This document shows, in pieces, positions 48,301 through 61,060 of a stretch of 64,000 nucleotides of DNA. Origin of the DNA: Dendrobates tinctorius. Its lineage: Eukaryota. Location of the stretch: NCBI RefSeq assembly GCF_039654945.1, contig NW_027361863.1, positions 17,298,001-17,362,000 of the forward strand, read 5' to 3'. Position 1 is the first letter of the stretch. Every line of letters begins with the position of its first letter. The position numbers and the translations under genes were made by a program. A model generated the notes under the pieces. It did no database searches. It saw only the letters and a list, made by a program, of their open reading frames with translations, and was not told where the DNA came from.

Positions 48301-49339
48301 TGTGGTATTTGCAGGTACGCAGGATGCAGTGACATGTCGCGAGACAATTTGGTGCTTTCTAAAATAACGTTTATAAGACTAGAGGGAACTTTCCTCAGTC
48401 ATGGCCTGAACACCAACAGGGGTAACATGGGATGACCTCGCAGGGGCACTAAACAAGTAAACACAGATAGGTAGAACACGACTACTCCCGGCAATAGCCG
48501 GTCACTATGGGGCCGCGGTATGGCCGACTACGGGTCCTTAATGGTAAAGTCAACTCGCCGTTCGGTTGGTAGTCTTTCGGCATTGTAGTTGCTGGGCCCA
48601 GTTGCTAAGGCGTTGACGGTCTTTGCGCCCTCCGGCGCGCTGGTGATACATGAGCCCCACAGGCCCCGGCGGAGTCCTTGGACGGGTGGGCCGCAGGCCC
48701 CGGCCTGGAGCAAGCGGTAGCGATGAGTGGTGGCAAATGAGAGGCCGCCTGCGCAGCTAGCGGCTGCAACGGGGAGTCCGCGGTCAGCCAGGTCCCGGCC
48801 CCTGCTGCGGACCGGAGCGGGACAGTGGTGGCCGTCGACGGCACGGTACTTGCCACGGCCACGGGTGAGTGTGGGGCGGCTGCGGGCGGCGGGGAACAGG
48901 CCGCAGCCGCAGGCTGAGGGGAGGCGGCAGCGGCCACGGGTGACCGCGGGTAGGCTACAGCCCCGGGCTGAGTCGATGCAGCAGCGGCCGCAGGTTGAAC
49001 TGAGGCCGCAGTGGCCACGGGCTGGAGCAGGGCAGCAAGTCTCAGCCGATCGCCTTGGCACCGTCTCACTGGAGTCCTCTGTGCACGTCCTCTCTGGGAC
49101 TGGTGGGTCGCTCTAGCTTCCAGTCGCTCCCACACTCTCCTGCAGTCTGTGTCCCGGTCTGCTGACTCATCGCCCGGGGAATTCCCCTCCTCTTTTATAC
49201 TGGTCCCTCCCCCAGCCCATCTGTCTGTCAGAACGGTCTGTCCCCGAATTCTGTCCCCCGGGGACAGTTTCCCCCGGAACCCAGATGACGGCTCCTTTGG
49301 TTCCGGCCCGGGCACTCGATGAGGGCCGTTCCTCCCACA
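48301..49339 (-). repeat. 5' LTR of the Gypsy element
   Basis: Direct repeat of 42252-43289, adjacent to the PBS. Confidence 0.95.
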
Positions 49340-50455
49340 CAGTTACTGTGTACATACATTACATTACTGATCCTGAGTTACATCCTGTATTATACCCCAG
49401 AGCTGCACTCACTATTCTGCTGGTGCAGTCACTGTGTACATACATTACATTACTGATCCTGAGTTACAGCCTGTATTATACTCCAGAGCTGCACTCACTA
49501 TTCTGCTGGTGCAGTCACTGTGTACATACATTACATTACTGATCCTGAGTTACATCCTGTATTATACTCCAGAGCTGCACTCACTATTCTGCTGGTCGAA
49601 TCACTTTGCACATATATTACTAACCTTATTCGTCAAAACCAGTCAAAAAACTAATGGGGGAAGGGCACAATTATCTGATGTAAACATAACAGTCCTGAGA
49701 ATACAAATCCGCATGCTTTGTGCTTACACTGACAAGTAGGGACTGCACAATTGTGAATGCAGCTCTGGAGTATAATACAGCCTGTATTTCATTCCATATT
49801 GTGCTGACAGTTCTTCTAGACGCATCAGGTGATTGGGGTTTTGCCCACATCTCTGCAGGGCATCGTCATTATTGACACTAATAATACCATTATGTTGGGG
49901 TGTGAATATTTACGCAATGCCCTTAACCTTTACTTTCATTACATTTCAGTTTGAAGAATCTACATCCCGGCGTGAGAAAGAAAAGGATCCATTGATGAAA
50001 CAGGTTTTCCTCCTTTTCTGACAGGTCTTACTCGGTCTGAAGAACCAGTTATTTCTGTCCTGCTGCAACCCCACAGAAAACACATTTTGAGGAATTTTCT
50101 AAAGGGCGTCCAGTGTCAGAGATCTGAGATTTACCTCTATATTAGTATTGATTAGGATGCTGAAAACCCCTGTATAGCGCTTCTAGGAGCACACTATACT
50201 GCGTGTCAAAGAGGCAGACCTTGGTAATAACTGAAGAGAGGGTAGAAGAGCAAAACAGCACCACTCTTGTCTATAGGCTCGGTCTGGTAGTGCAGGTTTA
50301 GTTCCAAAAGGGTTTTCTTTCCAAAATAGTAATTTATCTTTTATCAATATTTATTCTTTATCAATAGGGTAAAAGATAAAGGACTGATCACTGTGGGTTG
50401 TGAGCGCCCTCTTCTGTATGTGGTCACTAATGGCTGGTGATATGGAGGTTTGCTA

Positions 50456-51265
50456 TTAGGGAATTAGTGATGCCAGGAAGAGTTTGCAGAAGAGAAGCAG
50501 AATAGGGCACTGACAATAGGGGAGTGTGGGGGTGCTATTAGGGAAGCCATGATGCCAGGAAGAGTTTGCAGAGGAGAGGCAGAACAGGGCACTGATAATA
50601 GGGGAGTGTGGGGGTGCTATTAGGGAAGCCATGATGCCAGGAAGAGTTTGCAGAGGAGAAGAGGCAGAATAGGACACTGATAATAGGGGAGTGTTGATGT
50701 GGGGTACGCTGTTAGGGAAGCCATGATGCCAGGAAGAGTTTGCATAGGAGAGGCAGAATACAGCACTGACAATATGGGAGTGGGGGGTGCAGTTAGGGAA
50801 GCCATGATGCCAGGAAGAGTTTGCAGAGGAGAGGCAGAACAGGGCACTGATAATAGGGGAGTGTGGGGGTGCTATTAGGGAAGCCATGATGTCTGGAAGA
50901 GTTTGCAGAGGAGAGGTGACAGGACAGGGCACTGATAATAGGGGAGTGTGGGGGTGCTATTAGGGAAGCCATGATGCCAGGAAGAGTTTGCAGAGGAGAG
51001 GCAGAACAGGGCACTGATAATAGGGGAGTGTGGGGGGTGCTATTAGGGAAGCCATGATGTCAGGAAGAGTTTGCAGAGGAGAGGTGACAGGACAGGGCAC
51101 TGATAATAGGGGAGTGTGGGGGTGCTATTAGGGAAGCCATGATGCCAGGAAGAGTTTGCAGAGGAGAGGCAGAACAGGGCACTGATAATAGGGGAGTGTG
51201 GGGGGTGCTATTAGGGAAGCCATGATGTCAGGAAGAGTTTGCAGAGGAGAGGTGACAGGACAGGG
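50456..51265. repeat. ~80-bp G-rich minisatellite, about 10 copies
   Basis: Unit TTAGGGAAGCCATGATGCCAGGAAGAGTTTGCAGAGGAGAGG..GGGGAGTGTGGGGGTGCTA. Confidence 0.93.
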
Positions 51266-52249
51266 TTGCTAGTTGGTAGAGATGTAGGACAATCAGTGCT
51301 ATTATTGGCGGTAGCGCCAGGAAGCGCTTGTAGAGGAGAGGTAGGACAGAGCAGGCAATCCTGGGGTTATGGAGTATTATCTGCTTTGCTCAGGATAACA
51401 GCAGGTTCAACAGATGCAGCTCAAGAGGATTTACCAGAAGCTAAATTCAGAAAGCAGAGATCGCAGCGCCGCAGACGTGTTCTCCGGAGCGGTCCAGTAA
51501 TAGCCGTATCTTCTGTCACATCCTGGTCCAGACCCACCAGAGCCGCAATCTCACCGCATCACCTAATGATCAGTGCTGATCGATCCCGATCGTGGTGCAG
51601 AGACAGGAGGATCGCCTCCATTATCACTGATATGACAGGCAGAGGCCTGGGGGCACGGAGTATAATCCGGAACATTCATTTTCTATTAATGGAGCATTTC
51701 ATTGTGTCTTTACTACAGGGTCATGAGATTAGTGACAACCCACAAAGCTACATAAAGTAGCGTCATACAAAGCCCTGGCCATCGCTCCCAGAACTAACAA
51801 TGGGGTCTGTATGGATCCGTAACATCAGCATGAGACAATAGCTATAGGGCGCCGCATCCCGGAACTGATCATTGAGGGCCCCAAGACCCCTAATAAGTAG
51901 ACAAAAATTATGGGATGAGCAAACGGAAATATCTCCCTAGGTGCAAAAAATCCATCTTTGCATCTATTTATTATCAATCACAAATGATACGGGGTCCTAT
52001 AAGAGATTTTGCTTTGGTTCCAGGGATAGTTCGATCTGATGATAGCTTTACTCCTTATTGGCTTTTTGAAGCAGCATCATCATAGAGTCCCCTGGAATGG
52101 CTTCCAATGTCACCACACTAAGAAATAATTTGTGGAATCACCGGCCCTCAAAGGTGTTTGAGACGATCCGGAGGATTTTGTAGACACAGGTTTAGCACAC
52201 AGCTCCAAACATTGCTGAGCCCTATTCCACAACTATTTTAAGTCAGAAC

Positions 52250-52850
52250 ATGGTAAGAACCACTCAACTTAGTAAAGAGAATCATCACACCATCATTACT
52301 TTAAGGCATGAAGGTCAATCAATCTGGAAAATTGCTAGAGCCTTGAAGGTATCCTCAACTGCAGTCAAGAAAACCATCAATTGCTATGGTGAAACAGATT
52401 TTCATGAAGACCATCCCAGGAAAGGATGAACAAGAGTTACCTCTGCTGCAGAGGATAAGTTCATCAGAGTTACCATTCTCATAAACCAAAAATTGACAGC
52501 ACCTTAGATAACAACCTTCATAAATGATGCAGAGACATCAAGTGGCAGACACAACTCAGCAGCAGTTGTCCAGATGAGAATCAGGCCTTTATGGTCAAAT
52601 TGCTGCAAAGAAGCCACTACTGAGGACCACAGACAAGAAGAAGAGACTTTTATATGACAAATTAACAGAAGGACCGAACATTTAATTAGTGGAAATCTGT
52701 AATGTGATTCAATGAGTGACAATTAGAATTTTCTTGCAAGTCTTTTGAAAGATGCAGAAACGTTGAGTGTATGGTTTGCACATGTGTGGTGCTCGCAGAG
52801 GTGGAGGTATGATGGTGCGGGGTTCTTTGCTAGTAACACTGTTGGAGATT
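52250..52850 (+). mobile_element. Degenerate Tc1 transposase fragment
   Basis: MVRTTQLSKE..IITLRHEGQSIWKIARALKVSSTAVKKTI..RVTSAAEDKFIRV with stops. Confidence 0.8.
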
Positions 52851-52852
52851 TA

Positions 52853-54328
52853 CAGTGGATATAAAAAGTTTACACACTGCTGCTACAGTCTACACACTTT
52901 TAATGTCATCCAAAATCTGAACATTTAAATTGAAAAACAATCTGAATTTTTTTCCGGTAGAAACAAAAAATAGAACTAAAATAATGAGGTTGCATAACAT
53001 CTGCTCATCCTTACACTAATACTTTGTTGAAGAACCCTTTGAATTTGACAGCATTCAGTCTCTTTGTGTCGGAGTCTATCAGTAAGACACGTCTAGAATT
53101 GACAATCTTTGCTCCCTCTTCCTTGCAGTAGCTCCTGGTGGGGGCACCTCCTGGGTACAGCGCCCTCTTCAGGTCAACCACAGATTTTCTATTGGACTCA
53201 TGTCTGGGCTCTGGGTGAGCCATTCCAAAACTTTGATCTTATTCTGTTGAAGTCATTATTTTGATGATTTGGAGGTCGCTTAGGGTCGTTGTCGGGAAGG
53301 TGAAATTCCTCTTCATTTTGATCTTCAGCTCTTTAGCAGAGGCCTGAAGAGTCTGATCCAAAATTGACTGACATTTGGAACTGTTCATAATTTCCTCCAT
53401 CTTGACTAAAGCACCAGTTCCAGCTTCTGAAGAACTGCCCAAAAGGATAATGCTGGCTCCACCATGCTTCGCTTTAGGTATAGCGTTCTTTTCCAAAAAG
53501 TTCTATCATCAGACCAGAACACGTTTTCCCACATGCTTTTGCAGACTTGATGTAGGCTTTGACAAAATATAGCCAATCTTGAATGTTTTCCTTTGTAAGA
53601 AAAGGCTTCTGTCTTGCCACCTTATCACACAGATCGGACATATGAAGAATATGGGAGTTTGTTGTCACATGCAGGACACAACCAGAAATTCCTGGGGCTC
53701 CCTTGCTATAAGCTTCTTGGCAGCCTACAGGCCAATTTTCCTCTTCACTGTTCATCAGTTTTTGAGGGACGTCCAGTTCTTGGTAATGTCACTGTTGTAC
53801 CAAATTTAAGCCATTTTTTGTGACGTCTTCACAGTGTCCATGATAGGTCTAATGCCTTGGATTTTTTTTGTACCCTTCCCTTTTCCTGACTGATGACTTT
53901 CCACAATGAGATCCCTTTGCTGTGTTGCCAGCTGTTTGCAGTCCAAGGCTTTTGCTGTAAAATGCAACTGAGAAAATGTCAGGAAAATCCTCCTAGAACA
54001 GCGACAATTTCTTTGGGGTTCATCAAAATCCATGTAAATGACGACAGCCGTGCACTGACTACTATGTAACATGAGGGTAAATGTGATTGGCTGATTCTGA
54101 ACATAACTCCATCCCCAATTATATGAGACGGTGTTCACACTTCATCAACCACATTATTTTAGGTTTGTTATTTTTATTTTCCCTCTCTAAAAGACTTCAG
54201 TTTGATTCTCAGTGGATTTGTACAGATTATGGGCAGCATGTTCTGAAATGATGCTTCTTGATACTATTCTTTTATATGTCATAAACCCGGCATTTTCATA
54301 GGGGTGTGTAGACTTTTTATATCCACTG
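52853..54328 (-). mobile_element. Degenerate Tc1 element with TIRs and TA TSD
   Basis: TA|CAGTGGATATAAAAAGTTTACACAC ... GTGTGTAGACTTTTTATATCCACTG|TA; KHGGASI and VARQKPFL remnants. Confidence 0.9.
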
Positions 54329-54439
54329 TACAGTACACACATACATACACTAATCACCTACATACACACACGCTCGCACACGCAGCCTTTGATTTCCTGG
54401 CTCCTGTTCTCCCATTTGCAAACTGCTTTGCATTTAAGC

Positions 54440-54871
54440 ATTTAACTCCAAATCGGCTTTTAGCCTCATTCCTTCTCCTCCTCCAACACCAGCCCCCTCC
54501 GTCTGTCTCCCCCTCCCCGGGAGGACTCTCTCATACCTCCACAATCCACAGGGCAGGTGGGAGAACTAGATTACCAGGAGAAAGGGAAGGGAAGAGAGTG
54601 GAGGGGAGCGATCCCACTACTTCGGAGTAAAGGGAGACCCCCTCTAATAAGGTGTAAGGGTCTGACGCGCAGACCCAAAGTGGAGAAAGGAACAGAGAAG
54701 AATTGAGGCATCAAACAGGAGTAAAAGAGAAGACAACTGGGAAGAAAGAAGCAGAGACATAGGAAGAGAAGGACCACCTGCGAGGAGGACCACTCCAAAA
54801 GTTTCATGATAGAGGAGTAGAAGAAGAGCAGAGTCAGAGCCACAGAGAGAAGAGGGATCCTGCAGCCACAG
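54440..54871 (+). other. Candidate promoter and non-coding first exon of the downstream gene (GNB3 expected by synteny)
   Basis: C-rich promoter-like stretch, a purine-rich segment and a strong donor CAG|GTAAGA at 54871/54872. No GNB3 coding exon is seen in the window. Confidence 0.35.
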
Positions 54872-55379
54872 GTAAGATGTTCTGAAGACATCTGATAAGA
54901 CGGGTCATATATGGAAGAGGGGACAGATATAGAGGACAGCTACTAATGGAAAGGGGGACATTACTGTAAGTGATATCTGTAATTTGTATGTAACCCCTTC
55001 TCAAGTACAGCACCATGGAATCAATGGCGCTATATAAATAAATAATAATAATGTGTATTACAACCACAAATATGATCATCACTACACCTCTCAACATGAT
55101 CGGACCACTGGGTGAGACCAAACAATACTCAATACATAGAAGACTACAACCCTCACCATGACCATATTTCTGGTCCCGATCATAGTATAATCATATTATT
55201 GACCTACTTTATCTCTGCACGTACAGTACTACACCTCCCAACATGACCGACCCTCTGGGTGTCATTAAAATGACATTTCTATTATACTCTATACAAAGAG
55301 CACTACTACTCCCAATGGGAACAAACTACTGCACAGGACCATTATATATTCCATTGTATTTAATATATAAAATACCACA

Positions 55380-57192
55380 GCCCCCCAACATGACCCGACC
55401 ACTGGGTAAGATTATAATGATATTCTATTATTCTCTATACGAAGAGCACTACAACCCCCAACATGACCCGACCACTGGGTAAGATCATGATGATATTCTA
55501 TTATTCTCTATGCATAGAATACTACAACCCCCAACATGACCCGACCACTGGGTAAGATTATAATGATATTCTATTATTCTGTATACGAAGAGCACTACAA
55601 CCCCCAACATGACCCGACCACTGGGTAAGATCATAATGATATTCTACTATTCTCTATGCATAGAATACTACAACCCCCAACAAGACCCGACCACCGGACA
55701 TGATCACAATGATATTCTATTATTCTGTATGCATAGAATACTACAACCCCCAACAAGACCCGACCACCGGACATGATCACAATGATATTCTATTATTCTC
55801 TATGCATAGAATACTACAACCCCCAACAAGACCCGACCACCGGACATGATCACAATGATATTCTATTATTCTCTATGCATAGAATACTACAACCCCCAAC
55901 AAGACCCGACCACCGGACATGATCACAATGATATTCTATTATTCTCTATGCATAGAATACTACAACCCCCAACAAGACCCGACCACCGGACATGATCACA
56001 ATGATATTCTATTATTCTCTATGCATAGAATACTACAACCCCCAACATGACCCGACCACCGGACATGATCACAATGATATTCTATTATTCTCTATGTATA
56101 GAATACTACAACCCCCAACAAGACCCGACCACCGGACATGATCACAATGATATTCTATTATTCTCTATGCATAGAATACTACAACCCCCAACAAGACCCG
56201 ACCACCGGACATGATCACAATGATATTCTATTATTCTCTATGTATAGAATACTACAACCCCCAACAAGACCCGACCACCGGACATGATCACAATGATATT
56301 CTATTATTCTCTATGCATAGAATACTACAACCCCCAACAAGACCCGACCACCGGACATGATCACAATGATATTCTATTATTCTCTATGCATAGAATACTA
56401 CAACCCCCAACATAACCCGACCGCCTCACATAATTATAATAATATTTTATTAATTATACTCTCTGCATGAAAGACTATAATAGATGTCATCATTATAGTA
56501 ATGCTCCACTGAACCAGTCCTGACATTAGCAGCCATTTTTGGTCCCAGTGAGCGTCGTATACACACATTTTCGGCCCAGTATATTTGTGTACTGCGCTAC
56601 GGAGCACGTTGGCGCCATATAATAATGGCTGTAGTGATGTATCACCGTTCCTGGATGCGTTCTTGCCTCTGTTATATTCCATTGTATTTAATATATAAAA
56701 TACCACAACCCCCAACATGACCCGACCACTGGGTAAGATTATAATGTTATTCTATTATTCTCTATGCATAGAATACTACAACCCCCAACAAGACCCGACC
56801 ACCGGACATGATCATAATGATATTCTATTATTCTCTATGCATAGAATACTACAACCCCCAACAAGACCCGACCACCGGACATGATCACAATGATATTCTA
56901 TTATTCTCTATGCATAGAATACTACAACCCCCAACATGACCCGACCGCCTCACATAATTATATTTTATTAATTATACTCTATGCATAAAAGTCTATAATA
57001 GACGTCATCATTATAGTAATGCTCCTCTGAACCAGTCCTGACATTAGCAGCCATTTTTGGTCCCAGTGAGGGTCGTATACACACATTTTCGGCCCAGTAT
57101 ATTTGTGTACTGCGCTACGGAGCACATTGGAGCCATATAATAATGGCTGTAGTGATGTATCACCGTTCCTGGATGCGTTCTTGCCTCTGTTA
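55380..57192. repeat. 73-bp minisatellite plus a ~520-bp local duplication
   Basis: Unit ACAACCCCCAACAAGACCCGACCACCGGACATGATCACAATGATATTCTATTATTCTCTATGCATAGAATACT; 56410-56672 is repeated at ~56930-57192. Confidence 0.93.
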
Positions 57193-57937
57193 ATTTCCTA
57201 TGCATTGGTCATGGGGATTATCGCTGCACCCCTTGCCTCTGCTTTGCATGTGCGGTGTGTTATGGCGGCGTTTACCTGCTGCCTGTTGCAACGTATTTGT
57301 ATATTTTTTACTTGTCGTATTATTAGCGCACCAAGACAACGTCGGTGTAGAACTCATACAGTACAATGGCCGGACTCGTTCATCCATACTGGTGATGTCA
57401 GCGGTATACAATATGCGTAAATATTGCTGTCGCTTGTGTTGATAGAGCTCCATACTCAAACACAAGCTAAAACCGCAAATATTTGCTGGAGATCCCTGCC
57501 CTCCGGAGCCTACAGTCTGGAAAATAGCTACATCATCCCAAGTGACGGTGCTCACCTTTAAGAGCTGCGTGGATTTTCTTGACCCTTTTGCTATATACAG
57601 GATATACATTTTTTTCATGCACTTAAAGGTTAATTCCATTTTTACCAATTTTTTTACGGTTGTAATCTTTACATCGTACCAAGTTACTTTGTAATTACAT
57701 CACTGTGCTGTTTTTGCACAGATTTTGTGTTATTTCGAGTCTTTTTAGCCACTTGCGTACGGATCTGCTGGCAGCCATTGAAAGTAGACACTCTTCTAGC
57801 TCTGCCCCTCTGGCAGTCATGTGACCTAACAACTGTGTAACTGCCACCCGAGCTCCCACAATGCACTGCTTCCTAGAAATTAAAGGGAAAATCCTGAATT
57901 TTGCTTTACACCTGAATAAAGGCGAAAATATTATATA

Positions 57938-58030
57938 ATTAGATTGTGAGCCCCATCGGGGACGGTGCCAATAATGTCTGTAAGGCGCTGTGGAATTAAT
58001 AGCGCTATATAAATGAGTAAAATAAATAAA
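57938..58030 (+). mobile_element. L2/SINE 3'-end fragment
   Basis: TAGATTGTGAGCCCC..GCGCTATATAAAT..(TAAA)n tail. Confidence 0.6.
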
Positions 58031-58938
58031 TTCAGGGTCAGAGCAGGAAAGATATAAGTGACACGGCTTAAAATTAGTGATCTAAGGGCGTAACAGTAGC
58101 ACTTAATGCCCCCACAATCCTCTTAAATGGCGTAAAGTCAGTCAGCTGATCATTACTGACCAATTAGCTGAGAGAAATGCATTTGCATACTCCACATGCT
58201 TCCTTTCAGTGCCGCCCTTTTGTCATATTATTAAGATTTTGGAAAAGTCTAATTGACATCCAGTAGGGCAAAGCCACCATTACTGTCCCATACAGGCTAA
58301 ATCGGATTACACAGGCCAACCCGGTATTACTCAAAGTGAGGCAAACGGAAGCGATTTTGGAAGTCGCCCTTCTTTATAGCAACCAATCACAGCACAGCTT
58401 TCTTTTTACCAGAGCTGTTGAAAAGATGAAAGCTGCGCCGTGATTGGTCGCTATGGGCAAATTGAGCCATGTCCATTTCCTGGTTAGTCTTACCTTCATA
58501 TATAGTGAAGCAGACATTTATATCCCACTGCTACAGACTAGTATACAGATACAGACACATATACCGTAGCTTAAAATATACATATATCATATATATAGAC
58601 TGTTTTCTCTTCAAAATCACAATTTCCCAGTTAGACCCAATTCAGACATGGATAAATTACTGTCCGATCATGGACCGCGATGTTCGGCCTGGCCGTGCGT
58701 CTCAGAACTCGACAGCCGGAGAACCACGGCCGACCTGAAGATCATGGTCCCTGCTCGGATTGTGCTTTGCGGGTGTCTAAATTGGGCCATATGCTCACAA
58801 CAAGCTGAGCTCTAGGCTGCTGTTTGCGTCATGTCCTGACAGACTGTATTAGCTAGCCCTGGCAAAATTGTGAAAAGCAAGAAAAATCTAGTGATCCGGA
58901 GGAGCCGCTGTTTGTCAGAATCCATCATGTCAGACTGA

Positions 58939-59229
58939 GGCTTCTTTTACACTTCCTGTGATTTTTGCGGCCCGTTTTTGCCTCCGCCGTTTTTCCCTGT
59001 TTTAACAAGTTGGTGGGAAAAAATACGGCGTTCCTCAGATACGGTGTACCACAAAAACAAGCACCATTGACATCTATTCCGGTTGATATTTTTTCACGGC
59101 TGTATATACGGCCCTCGCGGATAGACGGCGCTCCGATTAATTTTTTGCGGGCCGTTTTTTGCTGCCCCATAGAAATCTATTGGGGCCGCAAAAACGGCCC
59201 GCAAAACCACGGCAAGTGTAAAAGAACCC
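58939..59229. mobile_element. Harbinger-type MITE, TGA TSD
   Basis: TGA|GGCTTCTTTTACACTT ... AAGTGTAAAAGAACCC|TGA. Confidence 0.85.
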
Positions 59230-60404
59230 TGAGGAGGAGGAAGGCATGATACAGGGTGCTGTGTGCCAGGACCTCACACTGTTCTCTATAGCATTTATAT
59301 CACCTGTGAAGAGGAACCTGCAAACAGCGCCCTATATCTCAGCTTCCAGCATAGAAATTGGATAAAGCGGTTACCTCATGAAGACAACCCCTGGCCATAT
59401 GCTCTATATTGGTATACGGACATGGTAGAAGGGAGACCCTGGCTTGGGACCCCACTGCTATAGGCCAGGACATAAAGCGGAGCCATACAAGCAGCTTTCA
59501 TCCTTGCATTACATAGACGTCCATACGTATAAATGGCCCTATGTAATTTATTATTTCACCTGATGGTTTGTGTTTTGAAAAGGGACGCACCGTCTTTCTG
59601 CCCATGCCCTATGCTGAGGACGGCGCTTTCCCTCCATTTTTCTCCATAAATTTAGCACAACTTTGTCTTCTAGAACTAGAGTCCCTCCATGCTGTGTTGT
59701 TACAGATCTACCTGAGTTGAGACTGTCAGATGCACAGTGCTTTCTCTGTATTGCGATCGTTACGATTTTACATAGGACTGCTGTTAACTCCTTACGTCAC
59801 ACAGCCTCGGAGCAGCAAGTGACAAATCGAGCTCTGCTACCTCGCTATCTGCCCCTGATCCTCCCTCCTGTCCCCTATTCCTCCGCTGCAGATTAGTCTT
59901 TGTCTCACTGTTGTGTGACGTCTGGCATCGCATACACGTCTTCATATCACACCAGTTCCTACATTTGCAGCTTTAGGAAATTGCGAAATTCATTTATCTG
60001 CTTAAAGAGGCAGAGAGGCCACCATCTGTCGGGTCTTGTGAGCGTCACAGAGAAAGTTTATAGAGCCGGCGACACTGGAGAAATCGCAGATTTTTTTTTT
60101 TTTTTAAATAAGCTGCTTCCAAATGGGGGGGGAAGAGGCGGCGACATGGGAGGAAAACGGCAACGGTGGCAAAATTGTTATATGAAAATCACGAGTGATT
60201 GACAGGAGAGGGATTTAGTAATTAATGGAGGATTTACGCAGTTATCCGGGAGCAACTGATGCCATCCGAACAGCCACTTCCAGGAAAAATTAAGAAGAGA
60301 AATTAAGAGGCTCAAAAAACAAAAGATTAAACGGGTTGTGTTTACTAGAGGGGCAAGCATGGGATGGGTCTACACACCATTTTAGGGATTATATTATTAT
60401 ATTA

Positions 60405-61060
60405 TTGTATTATATCCCAGAGCTGCACTCACTATTCTGCTGGTGCAGTCACTGTGTACATACAATACATTACTGATCCTGAGTTACATCCTGTATTATA
60501 CCCCAGAGCTGCACTCACTATTCTGCTGGTGCAGTCACTGTGTACATACATTACTGATCCTGAGTTACATCCTGTATTATACCCCAGAGCTGCACTCACT
60601 ATTCTGCTGGTGCAGTCACTATGTACATACATTACTGATCCTGAGTTACATCCTGTATTATATCCCAGAGCTGCACTCACTATTCTGCTGGTGCAGTCAC
60701 TGTGTACATACAATACATTACTGATCCTGAGTTACATCCTGTATTATACCCCAGAGCTGCACTCACTATTCTGCTGGTGCAGTCACTGTGTACATACATT
60801 ACATTACTGATCTTGAGTTACATCCTGTATTATACCCCAGAGCTGCACTCACTATTCTGCTGGTGCAGTCACTGTGTACATACAATACATTACTGATCCT
60901 GAGTTACACCCTGTATTATACTCTAGAGCTGCACTCACTATTCTGCTGGTGCAGTCACTGTGGACAAACATTACTTATCCTGTACTGATCCTGAGTTTCA
61001 TCCTGTATTATACTCCAGAGCTGCACTCACTATTCTGCTGGTGCAATCACTGTGTACAAA
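60405..61060. repeat. Second array of the ~80-bp minisatellite (resumes at 62698-62755)
   Basis: Same unit as 41850-42251. Confidence 0.93.

Larger units (their letters stand above)
42252..49339 (-). mobile_element. Full-length Ty3/Gypsy LTR retrotransposon (gag-PR-RT-RH-IN), mutated
   Basis: LTRs at 42252-43289 and 48301-49339 (TG..CA); TSD CAGT (42248-42251, 49340-49343). Gag CYECGELDHFAREC, PR LVDTGSQ, RT YLDD, RNase H VIAYGSRSL..ELLAV, IN HHCC plus DDE. Several stops and frameshifts. Confidence 0.97.
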
